NCBI RefSeq assembly: GCF_001194135.2 | Contig: NC_068989.1 | Coordinates: 95,802,746 to 95,866,745, forward strand | Direction: 5' to 3' | Origin: Octopus bimaculoides | Lineage: Eukaryota | DNA: 64,000 bases | In this document: piece by piece, positions 1 to 14,177 of the stretch | Layout of the letters: each line of letters starts with the position of its first letter | Numbering within the stretch: the stretch's first letter is position 1 | Notes under the pieces: generated by a model | The model's database searches: none | Told to the model about the DNA's origin: nothing | Seen by the model: only the letters and a program-made list of their open reading frames with translations | Position numbers and translations under genes: made by a program

Positions 1-3000
1 AATAATAATTGCAAACAAAATAGTAAACCCAACAAACTGTAGTATCTAACTTTTGATAGTTTATAGCAAAACAGCTGAAATTTTTTTTTATCGTTTTGCT
101 TTTCCTTTTTTGTTTGTTTTTTTTTTCATATACTTACCATTTTAGTCAATTTACCCAAATTCTATAACACTATTTGTTCAAAGTGATCAATGTTAAAAAA
201 ATGTCTATCAAATTCACTTTCAAACTTCTAAGTAGAGACACTAATCCTAATGTTTTAATTTTTAATTTTTTTTTTCTCCAAAATTAATTAACGAGAATCA
301 ACTTGCAAATTTTATAAGTACCTACATTTCTAACAATTTTACAAAGTGGCAAAACACCATAATGGTTTTCTGTCTGAAGTAAAAATGTTGGTCATGTATA
401 TTGACTTATTTTCATAGACCCAGTTAGTATGAGAGAAAACAAAATTAAATAAACAAATTTTACTGTACTCAGAAACAAATAAATAAATAATGATTAAACT
501 GACTTGATGTAAATTAGGATGATTTCTAAGCTGAACCTAAGAAAAATTGTTTTTAGTAAAATTAACAAATGATGAATAACAAACCATTTTGTCTTATCAT
601 TTATGAAGATACTAGAAACAATACCAAATTAACACATGCAAACTAAACAATCAAATTCAAAATGTAACACAATATCGGGTCATGTTCATTAAGTATTAGC
701 CAATTGTAATTATGATATGATGACAAATGTTGCCTATGAAATCATCACTAGCTGAAATGAACATGTATTAATGAAACAAAAAAGTGATTGAAAATTATTG
801 ATTGAAATTTCAATTAGTATATAAACTGAAAGTGTGTGCGTGTTTGTGTATATATATACATATGTATAAGGTAGTAATGTAGGTAAGAAACTCTGACAGT
901 TTCTGTAAAATATTTCCGCTGAATATAATCTATAATTATCATATATATATGATCAATACATTATTGCAAAGATATCTGTCACATTATACATAATGAGTAT
1001 TAAAACTAAGTATAGATGCAGACACAAAGAACATATAAAGAAGGATGAAATCCAACAACTAATGTGATTCCTCCTAACATTTTATCCATGTCTGTATTAC
1101 ATTCATTCTAAATACATAAAATATATTCTATGCTTAACTTTTATATTTGCTTTCCAAGGTCCTTGATGTTGAAATCAGGCACTGAAATCAATGATGTCGT
1201 ATCTTGAGAGAACCAGGTTGCACTGCTTTTATTGTACTATTTTATCATTATTATTATTAGTTAACTAGTTCACTAATTTACCAATAAACAAATTGATTGT
1301 TTGACTAATCATTTGATCAATCAATCAATAAGTTGGTTTGTCAGAGTTCTTTAATTGTTGCTTGCATCCTCATCAATGATGTACTTAAGTTAATATAGAT
1401 CTGCCACACTATATCTAAACTATTCTATGTTCAAACCAAGAATTTTCTTAAATGTGTCTAAATATAATTGTGACAGATGATATGTGCACAGGTAACATCA
1501 GCTAACATAGAGAAACACAAATGCTACCCCAAAGATACACCTATCAAATGTGAACATGAGTCAAGCACAACAGGGTCTTCTTCTTTAGTATAGGTTAAGA
1601 AGATCACTTCACAACCATGAGAGGTTCTGGGCTTGATCATTCAGTATGACATCTTGGGCAAATGTCATTTTTTTCAAAAACTCAGGTTGACCCGTAACTT
1701 GCAAATGAAAAATGGGAGTTCAGTAGCAGGTTACCCAGTTGATGGAATAAATGAACTTTATCACCAAAGGACAGACATCCACCACTACTACCATATAGTC
1801 TTAAAGTTTTCAGTAACCCTTCTCACAACTATCTTATAAAGAAAAGCCAGCCTGATGGAGTCCACCACTGTACAGGCTGTTGCATGTAGTTAAAAAGCAC
1901 AGGTGTGAGGAGTACGTCTCTTGATATACCTTAACTGAGAACTTACCACTCCACTGAGAGCACACATTCATCCACCTGCACACCACAGAACACAACACAC
2001 AAATAATTTACAGTACATGTTACACACAAACACTTGAGCCTAAAAAGATTTTAATTGGAGTTAAAATCATTATGGAATATCAATGCAAGGCAATTAATAA
2101 ACAGAAGCAGAGAAAAAAATAATACTCATATCAATGTCATTAAATAATGGATTTTAGATGGAAATTAACTTTTGTTTAACTTTTCATTTCTTCAAACTTT
2201 TCAAATTACACATTATTCTCAATTCAAAATGTGTTCACATAATTTAAATTCAATATTCGGTAATGAATGGAAAGCAGCAGTTTTTATTTACAGCTAATTA
2301 AATTCCTATTCTNNNNNNNNNNNNNNNNNNNNNNNNNNNNNNNNNNNNNNNNNNNNNNNNNNNNNNNNNNNNNNNNNNNNNNNNNNNNNNNNNNNNNNNN
2401 NNNNNNNNNNNNNNNNNNNNNNNNNNNNNNNNNNNNNNNNNNNNNNNNNNNNNNNNNNNNNNNNNNNNNNNNNNNNNNNNNNNNNNNNNNNNNNNNNNNN
2501 NNNNNNNNNNNNNNNNNNNNNNNNNNNNNNNNNNNNNNNNNNNNNNNNNNNNNNNNNNNNNNNNNNNNNNNNNNNNNNNNNNNNNNNNNNNNNNNNNNNN
2601 NNNNNNNNNNNNNNNNNNNNNNNNNNNNNNNNNNNNNNNNNNNNNNNNNNNNNNNNNNNNNNNNNNNNNNNNNNNNNNNNNNNNNNNNNNNNNNNNNNNN
2701 NNNNNNNNNNNNNNNNNNNNNNNNNNNNNNNNNNNNNNNNNNNNNNNNNNNNNNNNNNNNNNNNNNNNNNNNNNNNNNNNNNNNNNNNNNNNNNNNNNNN
2801 NNNNNNNNNNNNNNNNNNNNNNNTATATATTTATTGTTAACACTGAGGGTGACAAAAAGGGCTTTCTGTGAATATCACATACATTTTAGATTGATGTAAC
2901 AAAGTGATACTATAAAAGGCAAAGCCACCATTGAAGCAAGGACATGAAGTTAAACAGTTGTTAAATAAGTTTTCCAAGTAGTGGTTTGTTTATAAAATGG

Positions 3001-3183
3001 ATCTGCTTGTGGATCTACAATTGTCTTATTTTAGTCAGCAAAAACAGAAACCAAAATTGTTTTACATATGTTTGGTTAAGTGGAGGCTGAAATAAGTTTG
3101 AAATGAGTCTGTCTTATAATATATGTATGTACATGTAGGTATGTACATACATTAAGCGCTAAATATTCTTAAATTATTTATAT

Positions 3184-3495
3184 GAAGAGGGAACAAGGCT
3201 CCTGGAGTTCTGCGATGTAAATAACCTATTGATCTGCAACACCAACTTCAAGAAGCCTGCTAGCCACCTGATAACCAATCAACCAGGTGACTCTGCTAGC
3301 CAGATCAATTTCATTTTCACCAGACTGCAGGATGCACGGCTGCTCTTAAATACAAAGACATTCCCTGGTGAAGAATGTACCCCCCAGCATAGACTAGTTA
3401 TTAGTGACTTTAGACTTAAGGCCAGAAGGATACCAAAAAGCAGACCAATGTGGAAAAGAAGGACTTGGAGGCTTAAGAACCCTTCACATGGTCAA
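3184..3495 (+). mobile_element. RTE-clade LINE fragment, C-terminal half of the apurinic-type endonuclease
   Basis: EEGTRLLEFCDVNNLLICNTNFKKPASHLIT...SQINFIF...GEECTPQHRLVISDF...RRTWRLKNP carries the typical RTE endonuclease motifs (LLEFC, NT.F.K, ID[Y/F]I, QHRLV..D). Confidence 0.88.
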
Positions 3496-4003
3496 TGGTA
3501 TATAAAAAGCACTATCCGAATGTGATCGATGCCAGGACAACCTGATTGTCCCCATACCAGTGGCACATAAAAAGCACCATCCGCATGTGGCCTATGCCAG
3601 TACCCCCTAACTGGCTTCCATGCCAGTAACATGTAAAAAGCACCATCCGAATGTGGTTGGTGCCAGGACCCCCTGACTGGCTCCCATGCCAGTGGAACGT
3701 AAAAAGCACTATTTGAAAGTGATTTATGCCAGGACCGCCTTACTGGCCCCTGTGCCGGTGACATGTAAAAAGTTCCATCTGAACATGGCCAATGCCAGCA
3801 CCCCCTGACTGGCTCCTGTGCTGGTGGCATGTAAAAAGCACTCACTACAACTCTCAGAGTGGTTGGCGTTAGGAAGGGCATCCAGCTGTAGAAACATTGT
3901 CAGATCAGATTGGAGCCTGTTGCAGCTGCTGGCTCTACAGACCTCAGTCAAACCGTCCAACCCATGCCAGCATGGAAAACGGACATTAAACGATGATGAT
4001 GAT
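3496..4003 (+). mobile_element. SINE/RTE-type 3' module with a 66-bp tandem array and (GAT)n tail
   Basis: Ends gttggcgttaggaagggcatccagctgtagaaac...ccatgccagcatggaaaacggacattaaacgatgatgatgat. The same module recurs at 22058, 25740 and 55015. Confidence 0.8.
3504..3840 (+). repeat. Five diverged 65-66-bp tandem units plus a partial sixth
   Basis: Units start with aaaaagc/aaaaagt at 3504, 3569, 3635, 3701, 3767 and 3833. Each has a gccag...ctggc dyad. Confidence 0.9.
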
Positions 4004-4544
4004 ATAATGGAGACTGCAAACATTTATAGATATTTTTACTGTTAATTTTACCCATAGTGTTATGAATTGAGACAAAGTGTGTCTCTCATTCAGTCTACCT
4101 TACTGACAAACAGAGTACTATCATTGACATACAGCAGAGGCAAGAAATGTCATCAAAATGTGTGGCTAGCTGCGAGTACACCTCATTGAAAAAAATCTCA
4201 TCCAGCCATTTGGCTGGCTGTGAGCAAATATTACTGACAAGCTCCAAAAGTACCAAAGTACATTTGGTTTTCTTGCTAGCCACTGGCAGGATGATTAGTC
4301 ATTTCAATCCAATTATATTATTTTTAAACACACCATGTACATAGGAAATTTTTTTTTATTTTAAACAAGACTGCAGTAATTTGCCTGTCAACGATGTATA
4401 TACATTAAGTATGATAGATAGCTGACTATATTATAAATCTATCCAACTATCTATATACACATGTGAGTATGTGTGTGTGTGTGTGTGTGTGTGTGCATGT
4501 GTGTGTGTGCACGTGTGTGTGTGCATGTGTGTGCGTGTGTATGT

Positions 4545-4828
4545 GAAGGTGCATGGATTAGTGGTTAGGGAATTTGGCTCATGATTGTAAGGTCATAATG
4601 CTGATTCTTGGTGGTGTGTTGTATTCTTCAGCAAGACACTTTATTTCACATTGCTCCAGTCTACTCAGTTGGCCGCCATTCTGGGTCATGCCGAATCTCC
4701 CTGAGAACTATATAAAACGTACATATGCTTGTGGGGTGCTCAGCCAGTTGCTCATTAATTTCATGAGCTGGCTGTTCCGTTGATCAGATCAACTAGAACA
4801 CTTGCCATTACTGATGGAGTGACAGTTA
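4545..4828 (+). mobile_element. tRNA-derived SINE (family A head, alternative tail)
   Basis: gaaggtgcatggattagtggttagg A-box-like head, cagcaagacactttatttcacattgctccag core. The tail is shared with 7895-8065 and with inverted remnants near 58740 and 61350. Confidence 0.75.
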
Positions 4829-5499
4829 ATATATATATGAAAGTACACTTATATGTTTACATTAAATATGGTTGACAATTGTGAATGTGATGTTCAAATC
4901 ATTTATAACAAAAGTTTTGTAAATGATATGAATTCACATTTAAAATCTAAAAATAGCTTTTCTTCTTATCTAATTACAAATGAATGACTACTACTTTTAA
5001 TATATTTGCTTTAAAATATAAAAGACTCTCAAAAGTGTTCTATTTCTTCATTCTATAACAATGATAATAATATCTCATGTAACACTATTTATGATAAACA
5101 GCATCAGATAAAAACTGATTGTGACAATCAAGAAACACTAGCCGTGATGTACAAATTAAATAAACTTAAGAATGACAAAATAGGAAATAGATCCTAATTA
5201 TTGAAAAATAAATAATGAATTTTATAAATATCAAAGTATTGGTATAAATATATAAAAATATTTCATATGTATATACATACACAAGTATACATATATATAT
5301 TGATATAAATGTACAAATACTTTATATAAAGTATTTGTATATTTATTTTTCTCTTTTGCAACTGCAATTTGCTGAAAATGTGAAAATATAGATTTAAAAA
5401 ATGAAAATAAGATTCCCAAGTAAATGGCTTTTAAATTGAAAATTTAGAAAATGTTTGAAAACTTTTAAAAGTGTATGTCATATATAGGGCTTCAATGAC

Positions 5500-5502
<3 letters not shown>

Positions 5503-5559
<57 letters not shown>
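5503..5559. repeat. (TAA)n microsatellite
   Basis: Direct inspection. Confidence 0.95.
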
Positions 5560-5561
<2 letters not shown>

Positions 5562-6569
5562 TTAGAATTATCTATATAACAGTTTTTCAGCAGCTTTTTG
5601 TAAATTTCTGACCTACTGAAAACTGAGAAGTTAATCCATATGAATCTCAATAGTAAAAAAAGAACATTTCTTTTATATCAAGTAATAAACTTAAGGATTG
5701 GAAATGTTAATCAATGAAAATTGAATGAAAGCATATGAAATGATAGCAAATAGATTTCCCTGGAGGTAGAACGAAGCTAATGCAATTTTAATAAGGTAAC
5801 CAGACTGCAAACACATAATTGAACCGGATTATAGAAGCAAATAAGAAAGAGGAAAAATCTTATTCATTCAACAGGTCAATATAAAGTTAAAAAAGAAAAA
5901 TAAATTGATTTCATAAAAATTGTATAGAAATTCATAACCTCGAAAGTAAATAGTCAACACACTGCTGATGTTTAAGGAAGTTTTTCCATTTTGAAATATC
6001 TTGAGATTTTTAGTTTAACAATTCAAGCTGAAGATTAGTTCTTCATCCAATCTTCAGAGTAACAATATTTTATTTATTATTTTTTATACATTTTTATTTC
6101 ATTTTATATATTCAACAAGGTATCAATTCTTATTGACTCTGCTGTTAAAATAATGCTCTACCATATGTTTTTATTTTGTCCAATGCAATAAGACAAGCTA
6201 AAAATCTGATTAAATCAAGAAATATATTGCTAGGTCTACTTTAATTTTTGACAATTCCCAATGGTCAAGAAGTTTACACCTAAATTATTAGAATTACTAC
6301 TAAAGACTAGTTCTTGCTTCTGTTAGGCTGATTATAATACATACTACTCTAATCTTCCAATTTAAGTGTTTATGAATAGATGTGGTATCTAACAATAAAA
6401 AAAAAAATCTCACAAATATGGTTAAAGCAATTGACAATTTGCCTTTCAGTTCAAATTCTATGAAGGTCAACTTGGCTTTTCATCCTTTCAGTTTTGATGA
6501 AAAAATGCCTTGCAGTATATATTCCAGCTCCTAGCATTCTGTATTAAAAATCTCAACAAGACCTACTTT

Positions 6570-7440
6570 TGTGGATGACTTAATCTGTTGTTGTCAGGTT
6601 TTAACAACACTACCTGGCACCTTAGATACCTTTCGCAGGGTCCACTTCTTTTTGCAAGCATTTGGGTTTAGTATCCAGTTGAGGATGCTTTCTTCACCCT
6701 TCCCACAATCTCAGAGGCTCTATAAAGGAAAAGGTCATGATAACTGCCTTCCTTTCTGATTAATAGGGGAAAGGAATAAATGCAAAACATACAAACACCT
6801 GAATTTGCATGTATCTCTACTCAAAAATATCTATTGTGCCAATCTTGTCTCCTGCAACAGAGTAAAAATATGAATCACTACACATACCATGAAAATCTCA
6901 CTGTACCCCACCAATCCTAAACATAAACACTTTGCAACTAGATCCTCAAGGTTGCCTCAGATACTAGACCATTAAAGATCTCTCCTGGTAAAAATACACA
7001 ACCCTGAATATAGCTGAAGATCAGCTTTCCTCTTCAGTGCCCCCCAAAAAACACTTCAATCCACAACTAAACTCTTTTTTGGTCTCCAAATTCTAAACCC
7101 TATTTCAGCCCCACCAACAACTAAATTCTACAAAACTCAAGTGAGGCCTTCAGGGAGTACCACTCCAACCTCTAACACAGGGCATTTGTTACACACATCG
7201 ATCACCCAGACTGTATTCCCCAAAAAGTTGCTCAGGTGATGGGCACACAGCTACATCAAACTATGACTCAACGACATGCCTACTCTCTGCCTTTTCTACT
7301 GCTACTATAGTGACCCCAATTCCTCCATTCTGATAGTCTTAACACACTTGTCTCTCCTTATTTCATTATCCATTTTGTTTCCACACCCTCACCCTAAACC
7401 CATACACACCTTCAGACTGAGTCCTTCCTGAACAAAGTGT
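6570..7440 (+). mobile_element. Degenerate CR1/L2-group LINE RT remnant
   Basis: FVDDL at 6568-6582 resembles the YADD motif. FYKTQVRPSG.Y resembles LYKAQVRP.MEY. Heavily frameshifted. Confidence 0.55.
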
Positions 7441-7468
7441 CAACTTTCTATTTAAGGAGGAACATTAA

Positions 7469-7689
7469 CCCTTTAGTGTTTGCATTATTCTACCAAAATT
7501 AATGCTTTTTTATCCACAATGTTTTGAACTAATCATGCATTATCTTGTAGCTATGAGATTTTGATGAGGTAGCTGTTAATTTTTAAAACGATATTGTAGG
7601 GTTGGTGTGAGAGACCAGATCTGGCCAGTGTGAACATAAAACAGGCAGAATACTTTTGGCCGGATATGGCCGGTTTAAATGCTAAAGGG
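7469..7689. mobile_element. piggyBac-type MITE (221 bp)
   Basis: TTAA|CCCTTTAG...CTAAAGGG|TTAA: TTAA target duplication (7465-68, 7690-93) and CCC/GGG termini. Confidence 0.85.
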
Positions 7690-8643
7690 TTAACCATAAT
7701 TTCACCAGTCACTGTACATTCCTGAATGTTCTAGATACAGAAGCCCTTCATTCTGACTAAACTAAAAAAATAAGAATAAAACACTTCATTTTCTTTACTC
7801 GTTACCGATTCGAAAAGACAGAGAAAAAAATATTGTCTCTAGGTGATATTGACATTAATTCTGCAGCTAGCAAAAATGAGTAGTACTTGTATTTCAAAGG
7901 GTCAGCCTTGTTACATGCAGTGTCATGCTCAGAATCCCTGAGAACTATATTAGGGATACATGTGTCTGTGGAGTGCTCATCCACTTGCGCATTAATTCCA
8001 CAAGCAGGCTGTTCCATTGATCGGATCAACTGGAGCCCTCATCGTTATAACCTATAGAATGCCAGTGAAAGCTAGTTTCAGTCTACCTGGCTCACAAACA
8101 GGTTCTTAATCTATATTTAGCCATCAGTAGAAAGGCTATTCAGATACGAAAATAATTACTCCAAATATGCATCCCATCTATCAACTCTGGTAGCATGAAA
8201 CATGAGGAAGGAACATGGTTCTAAATTCCTAAATGTCTATTTTTTAATAATACTACAAGCAATTTATCCAAATGTATAACATTTTTATTCAGTTTGTCAG
8301 CATGGTAAAGCAAATGAGTAAATATATGTATGTATACATACACTGAATGTTCCATGCATTAACAAGTACCGCCTTGCGGCAATGTAAACTTCTATTTGAT
8401 CGAGGTATCCTTGGCCTGAAGAATAGCCTGCAGTATACACTGCGCCTGGATATTTACAACTTCTGAGGTTCTGCTCACTATAAAACATATGTAGCCTGGA
8501 GCTTATCTACTCCATTCCGTAACTCTTGTATTCTTATTCGCACACCCAGCAACCCCAGTCACCTAAAGTTGTTTTTTCATATTTACTACCGATTGCTTGA
8601 TGCTAACTTTCTTCCTACACCTCAATTCCTGGATCTTATTATA

Positions 8644-8648
<5 letters not shown>

Positions 8649-8695
<47 letters not shown>

Positions 8696-8733
8696 TGTGT
8701 GTGTGTGTGTGTGTGTGTGAGTGTGTGTGTGTG
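8649..8733. repeat. (GT)n microsatellite (similar arrays at 4469-4545 and elsewhere)
   Basis: Direct inspection. Confidence 0.95.
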
Positions 8734-11700
8734 TTCTACATATTTTTCTCTGCATTCTCCAATTTCAGTGAACATTGAGTCATTCCTTGACAAATCAATG
8801 TTTTATGTTATTTGTGGCTTTCTAGGGAAGAACAATTATACATCAGTGAAGGCTTTCAAGTCATTAACAGAATTTAACTGCAAACCCATTGCAAATCATA
8901 GGCCTGGGGATAAGACATGAGCTATTAAGTATGAATTAACTAACAGCTGCTAATGGAACCAAATTCACAACTACCATTAGAATCAAAATACCATCTTGGA
9001 TTCATGTACTCTTTTTTTTGACTCACAAGTTAACAGAATTCATGCATTAACAAATTTTAAAACATGATTACAAATCCATCAAAACAGAAAATTTGAATCC
9101 AGTAAAATCAATTAATCCAGAAAAGTTGGTATTTCATTTCATTTCAAAGCATCTGCTTAAGTGGATTGCTTGCCCATCACTCTTTTAGGAAATGAAGAAT
9201 AAGAAGCAAAACAAACATTTTGATGATTGGGAAATTAATTTCTCTTCAGTCCAAATTCTGTTGATGCACTTTCTACCATCAGAATAAATTGATGTCAGAG
9301 TCTTAAACTTGTCTGTACCAATCTATGAAAGACCAAGGGAAAGAGCCTTCATTAGATATGGATGCAGTTTACAGGTCACTGTGAATAATACTATTGGTAA
9401 ATAGGTACTGAAAGATGAGTTAAGAACCACACAAACTCATTGCGTTAAAGTAAAAGGGTTCAACACCATTCTTACCTCATTATTTATGTGGATTATTATC
9501 AATTTTTAATCAATCTTCAATTTCAAATTAGTATGATGAAAATGATTCCCACATAGGTGCAAGCATGGACATATTTTTAACAAATTCACTTCACAATTGC
9601 ATAGTTCCAAGTTTCTGCCTTGTTAGTGGAATTTGACCAACAGAATTTTGTTTTGGAAATGTGTGTGTGTATGTGTTATGTTTCAAGCCACATGCTTTTG
9701 TGTCAATGGGTAACTTAGCCATTCAACAAATGGGGTCTGACCGAATAAGTTCCAAGCTAAAATAAGAACCTGGGATCTATACTATCAACTAAAACTTATG
9801 AACATAGTACTCCAGCAGGGTTGCAACCAATTGGCTGAAACCAATTTTAAAAAGAATTTCAACTGTTAAATACAATAACACAGCAACTTTTTTAAAATTA
9901 TATTTTGAAAGCCTTTCACTATTTCATTTTATTATTACGTTTCTGAAATGACTTGACTCAGACCAAAAACATATCCGCAATATACATTTTCTCCTTAGTC
10001 TGTATTACCTTGGATACTATTCAGATAACTGAAATGAAACTTTGCATAATTTTTACATTAAAATTATGAAATGTTTTATCAAAAGAGCTTTTTTTAAATT
10101 TACTAATCAATTCTTTTGCATGTTTTCTTAGATATGCATCAAAGCAGTATCCCTAGAGTTTCAAATTCAAGCATGAAAAACAATCTTTTTTTTCTTTTCT
10201 TTTTTGTAAAGACATGTTTTTGTCATCGACTAGTAACCAAATTAACTCACAGTAGAATTCAAATATTATAACAGTATAAAACTAGAAATATGATCAACAG
10301 TTTACACAGATGCCATACTTCTAAGACAACAGAAATAACTAACTGGCATAAAATTACTCACAGATACATTCCAGCCTCTGACCTGCAAATATGCCTTCTT
10401 GTCTCTTTACCTTTTCTACAGCTATTATAATAACCCTGGTTCCCTGGAGTTAGTGAGTTCATGCCACTTCCACTAAACTTTCCTTTGTCATTGTTCTAGT
10501 TGCATCCAATCTCTAAGTTCCTCACTATATGCCTAGTCCTTATATTCCATTTTGTTAGCCAGGCAGTTATCCACCCCTCCCAATTCATACCTTTCCCTGC
10601 AGCTGTTGATTATAAAGGTTTCAAGAAAAACATCTATAGCATCAATCTCATTGGTCTAGGAAAGCCTGTAATAACCATGAGCGCTGCTCTTTCCTCCAGA
10701 CCCAGTAAGTATATAACAAAAAGAGAAAAAAATACTGAGAATCACTTCAAACTGTCATTTTAAAGTAATTATAACTTTACACTCAAAAGAATGGTAAGTT
10801 TATTGAGTGGAAGCTGTCTTCATTGGAATAGGGTCAGATTAGAAATACCTTTATTTTCATATTTACCTTAGTAATAAAATGTAATTCACTTTAGTTCACT
10901 TATTTTTCAGGATCTCTCTAAATAATGCAGCATTAACTTACCTGTTTGTGCAATTCGTTCTAGTTTGGTGCCATCTTTCAAATGATCCTGTACACCACAG
11001 TTCTAAAGTTAGCAATATGAGAGATAATTTCATTTTGACTTTGTAAATCAGCCCCATCAGACTTTTTTCTATGGTATGAATTTTTTTTTATTTGTGATTA
11101 AAATTTGAATAGAAATTCACCAATTAAGTAGTACATGATGTATAATGAGTTTGGCAGCACTTCTTCAACTGTTTTAGGAGTGGAGTCTAGAAAGCAAGAG
11201 TAATGATCACAGGTGGACATGATATGATAGTTTGGTTGCTATGATACATTTAAGCTAATATAGACCATAATGTAACTTAAAACATTTTTGTTCTTACTAT
11301 AAAGTGTTTACCCAAGCAAAGCTACAGCTGGAAAAGGTCTTTAAGCTCCAGAAGCTTTTTCATTTGAATAAGTAAGTACCTAAAATAGTAAATAACTTAA
11401 ATAGCATTGATCATCTAACCATTACATTGAATGATAAAGTATACTAAAAATTTTAAGTGTGTGAAGCATGTAATGCTACCAAATGAATGTTCTAGTGAGA
11501 AAACTAATTTATTCAGGTGTGATCATGTCAAAGCTGTTCATAGGTGCTACTTGGGTATTATGATCATTTGTCTTACATTTCATTTTTTTTCATGTCAGCA
11601 AGGGTTAGTGAATGAGCACATGCTGTTGAAGCTTTGTTTATGGTCACATTTTCAACTTGAGATTTTTTTCTTTTTGTTCCACACATCTTTGAAAGTGGAG

Positions 11701-14090
11701 AGATTCAGACAATTTACAAAGTTCACCATTTGTAGCTCATGAGAGCATAGTATATAAACATTCACACAGACATGCACACATATATACAATGGCCTTTGTA
11801 CAGTTTCTGTCTACCAAATTTACCCTCAAGGCATTGGTTAGTACCAGGCTACAGAGGAAGGTACCTGCACAAGGTACATACAGTGGGACTGACCTTCTCG
11901 ACTATACTGCTATGCCTTTGTGTAATGACAATATATCCATCGATATATTTCTCAAATCATTTGTATCACAAAACAATTTGCTTTTTGGGGATTAAACTAA
12001 TTTTATTAGCTGGAAAGACATACTGATTAGCTGTATTAGAATCACTGTTCATACATAATAAAACATCATAATCTGATTTCTGTTCTTTTATTTTTTGGAC
12101 AGTTGTATTACTGTTGTAATATGCCACTAAAAATTGTATATTTTGAGATAGGATGAAGCTCTCATTAGATAGAATTGGTTTTGCATGGGTAAAGAAATCA
12201 TTGCAGTTTTTAAGTTATTTTTACATAGTTTAATAAAAAGGCTATTCAAAGTGTAGTATTTTATGGAAATGTAAGCATTACTTAATCAGATGTAATTTTA
12301 ATAAATTGTTTTCTGACTTTTTTAAAATCAATTTTGAATCAAAAAAATTCAATATAATACTTGGAAGAACAACTACTTGGTCGTTATATAACTACAGCAA
12401 ATTGACTACTCTTTTACAAAATCATTTTGAAAATTTTAAGTTATTCAAGGTACAATATACATACACATATATCATATTGCACTAATTCTACCAAATCTAA
12501 GTAATACACATATTTTCAATCATTAAATGTTTCAAACACTTTGTTTTGTAAAAACTGTGAGTGCAAAGGTGATGAGAACTACTTCAACATAAATGAAAAC
12601 AAGTTAATATTTATTCATTTTGGACTGATATACTTCATCTTTACAAACAACTTTGCAAAGTCCAAAACAAACACTACTTATATCTTCTGGAAACAGAATT
12701 TATTCACTCATTCCATACACACCACAAAACCATTTATCTTCTGAAATGCTTTACTTCCATTACCAGCTTATGCTACCCATACATTTGAAGTGTGTTAGTA
12801 TATAAAATTATTGGATTACAAAAAAATACACACATACTCCACTTTTTACACTGTATAAGCAATATTGAATTTTACTAACTCTTCTTCATTGATACTAAAG
12901 CTTTGTCAAGAATTATCCATTTGGAAAGATTATTTATTGTATGTCTTTTATACAAGTCACAGCTTCTATGCATTTACTTTTTTTTTTTTGCCTTTCCTTC
13001 ATTTGGCTTTATTATTACATACAAGCATGTAATATTTTCTTCACCCAGTGGATTTCCTGACTCTTCAAAAGACCCCAGTTAGATATTCGTAAAACCATGA
13101 ATCGTACCCAGTACAAAACAACTTTATCCAATATAGCAAATACTAATAAATGTATTTGAAGAAAAAAAAAAAATCATTTACAAAAGCTATTATCTTTAAC
13201 ACAGTCCACAAAGTAGAACAGTTGCTAATGTGATTTCCTCAACATTTATATTTCATGCACATATCTCTGTAAAAAATGATTATTCCAAGTACCTTTGAAA
13301 ACTATTCTAAAAGCACTTCATGAAAAATGTAACAGTGGGGGAGAATCACTTTATCAATGAAACAGTTTTACATGCGATTGGTTTTTCAGACATATAATAC
13401 TTATCAATATACTTTGCTGAAGAAGAAAAAGAAAAGCTAGAAGGAGGGAGAGATGAACACCAGAAAAAGAAAAAAAAAATCAGTGGGGTGGTGTTAATAA
13501 CTCAATTAAAACCATCATTAGAGAAACAAATAAAGCTTTCTTGATTAGTATTTAAAGCTTTAGAGTTATGAGGAAGAGAAATAGAAAATGACAGTTATGT
13601 CATTCATCAAGGGCATTACCAGAATAAATTGAACAATTCCTGCTTCCAGTCAAAATCAGTTGCAGACTTGACAGAATGTTTATGAGCTACATACAATATT
13701 TATTGTGCACAATGAAGGATTGACATTACCTAGTAGTGTGATTAGGACTAAATCAATAGTTTTATGGAGGAGGGTTTAATCTTAGTTCTTACCATACCCA
13801 GCATTCTCATTTCCAAATATTTTCTATAAAATGGGGAGAAAAAAACCCAAAACAAACAAAAATGCAACTTAACAGATATTTATATTAAATAGTAATCATA
13901 CAATTTGAATAACTTTTCTAGGTGGACACAGCACTGTTATAAGGTCACTGAAAAACCACTAATTTTTGAAACACAAACTGAGAAATATTAAGAGAAAGAA
14001 AAGCAAAAAAAAGATAGGACCTCACACTTTATCAATCCTCTACTGTAATATGATATTCTGTTTAGTATATGGAGTACTGCAAATTATGTA

Positions 14091-14164
14091 GGCTGGTTAG
14101 CTCAGTTAGTTAGAGCATCATGCTGATAACATGAATGTCATGGGACCGAGCCCCATACTGGCCA
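14091..14164 (+). pseudogene. tRNA-Ile-derived pseudogene (anticodon reads GAT)
   Basis: 74 nt GGCTGGTTAGCTCAGTTAGTTAGAGCATCATGCTGATAACATGAATGTCATGGGACCGAGCCCCATACTGGCCA. All four stems can pair and it is clearly homologous to metazoan tRNA-Ile(AAT). The T-loop is ACCGAGC instead of TTCGATC, so the B-box is destroyed. Confidence 0.85.
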
Positions 14165-14177
14165 ACACATTCTGTGT

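Noticed and set aside
3504-3840. CRISPR-like appearance (regular period, internal dyad)
   Set aside because: The whole 66-bp unit is repeated, with no unique spacers. The context is eukaryotic, there are no cas genes, and the unit recurs inside SINE/RTE tails.
4095-4283. 62-aa minus ORF with small inverted repeats (gtggctagc/gctagccac; ccagcca-tt-tggctgg)
   Set aside because: No homology recognised; more likely a decayed DNA-transposon fragment.
8297-8560. ORF YPGAVYTAGYSSGQGYLDQIEV and an RNase H-like hint in another frame
   Set aside because: Frames are interrupted by stops, splice context is inconsistent, and the similarity is too weak to call.
8563-8920. ORFs rich in CV/HT/YI/RE dipeptides (also 21855, 25321, 28008, 39068, 53934-54304)
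   Set aside because: Translations of microsatellites or low-complexity tracts.
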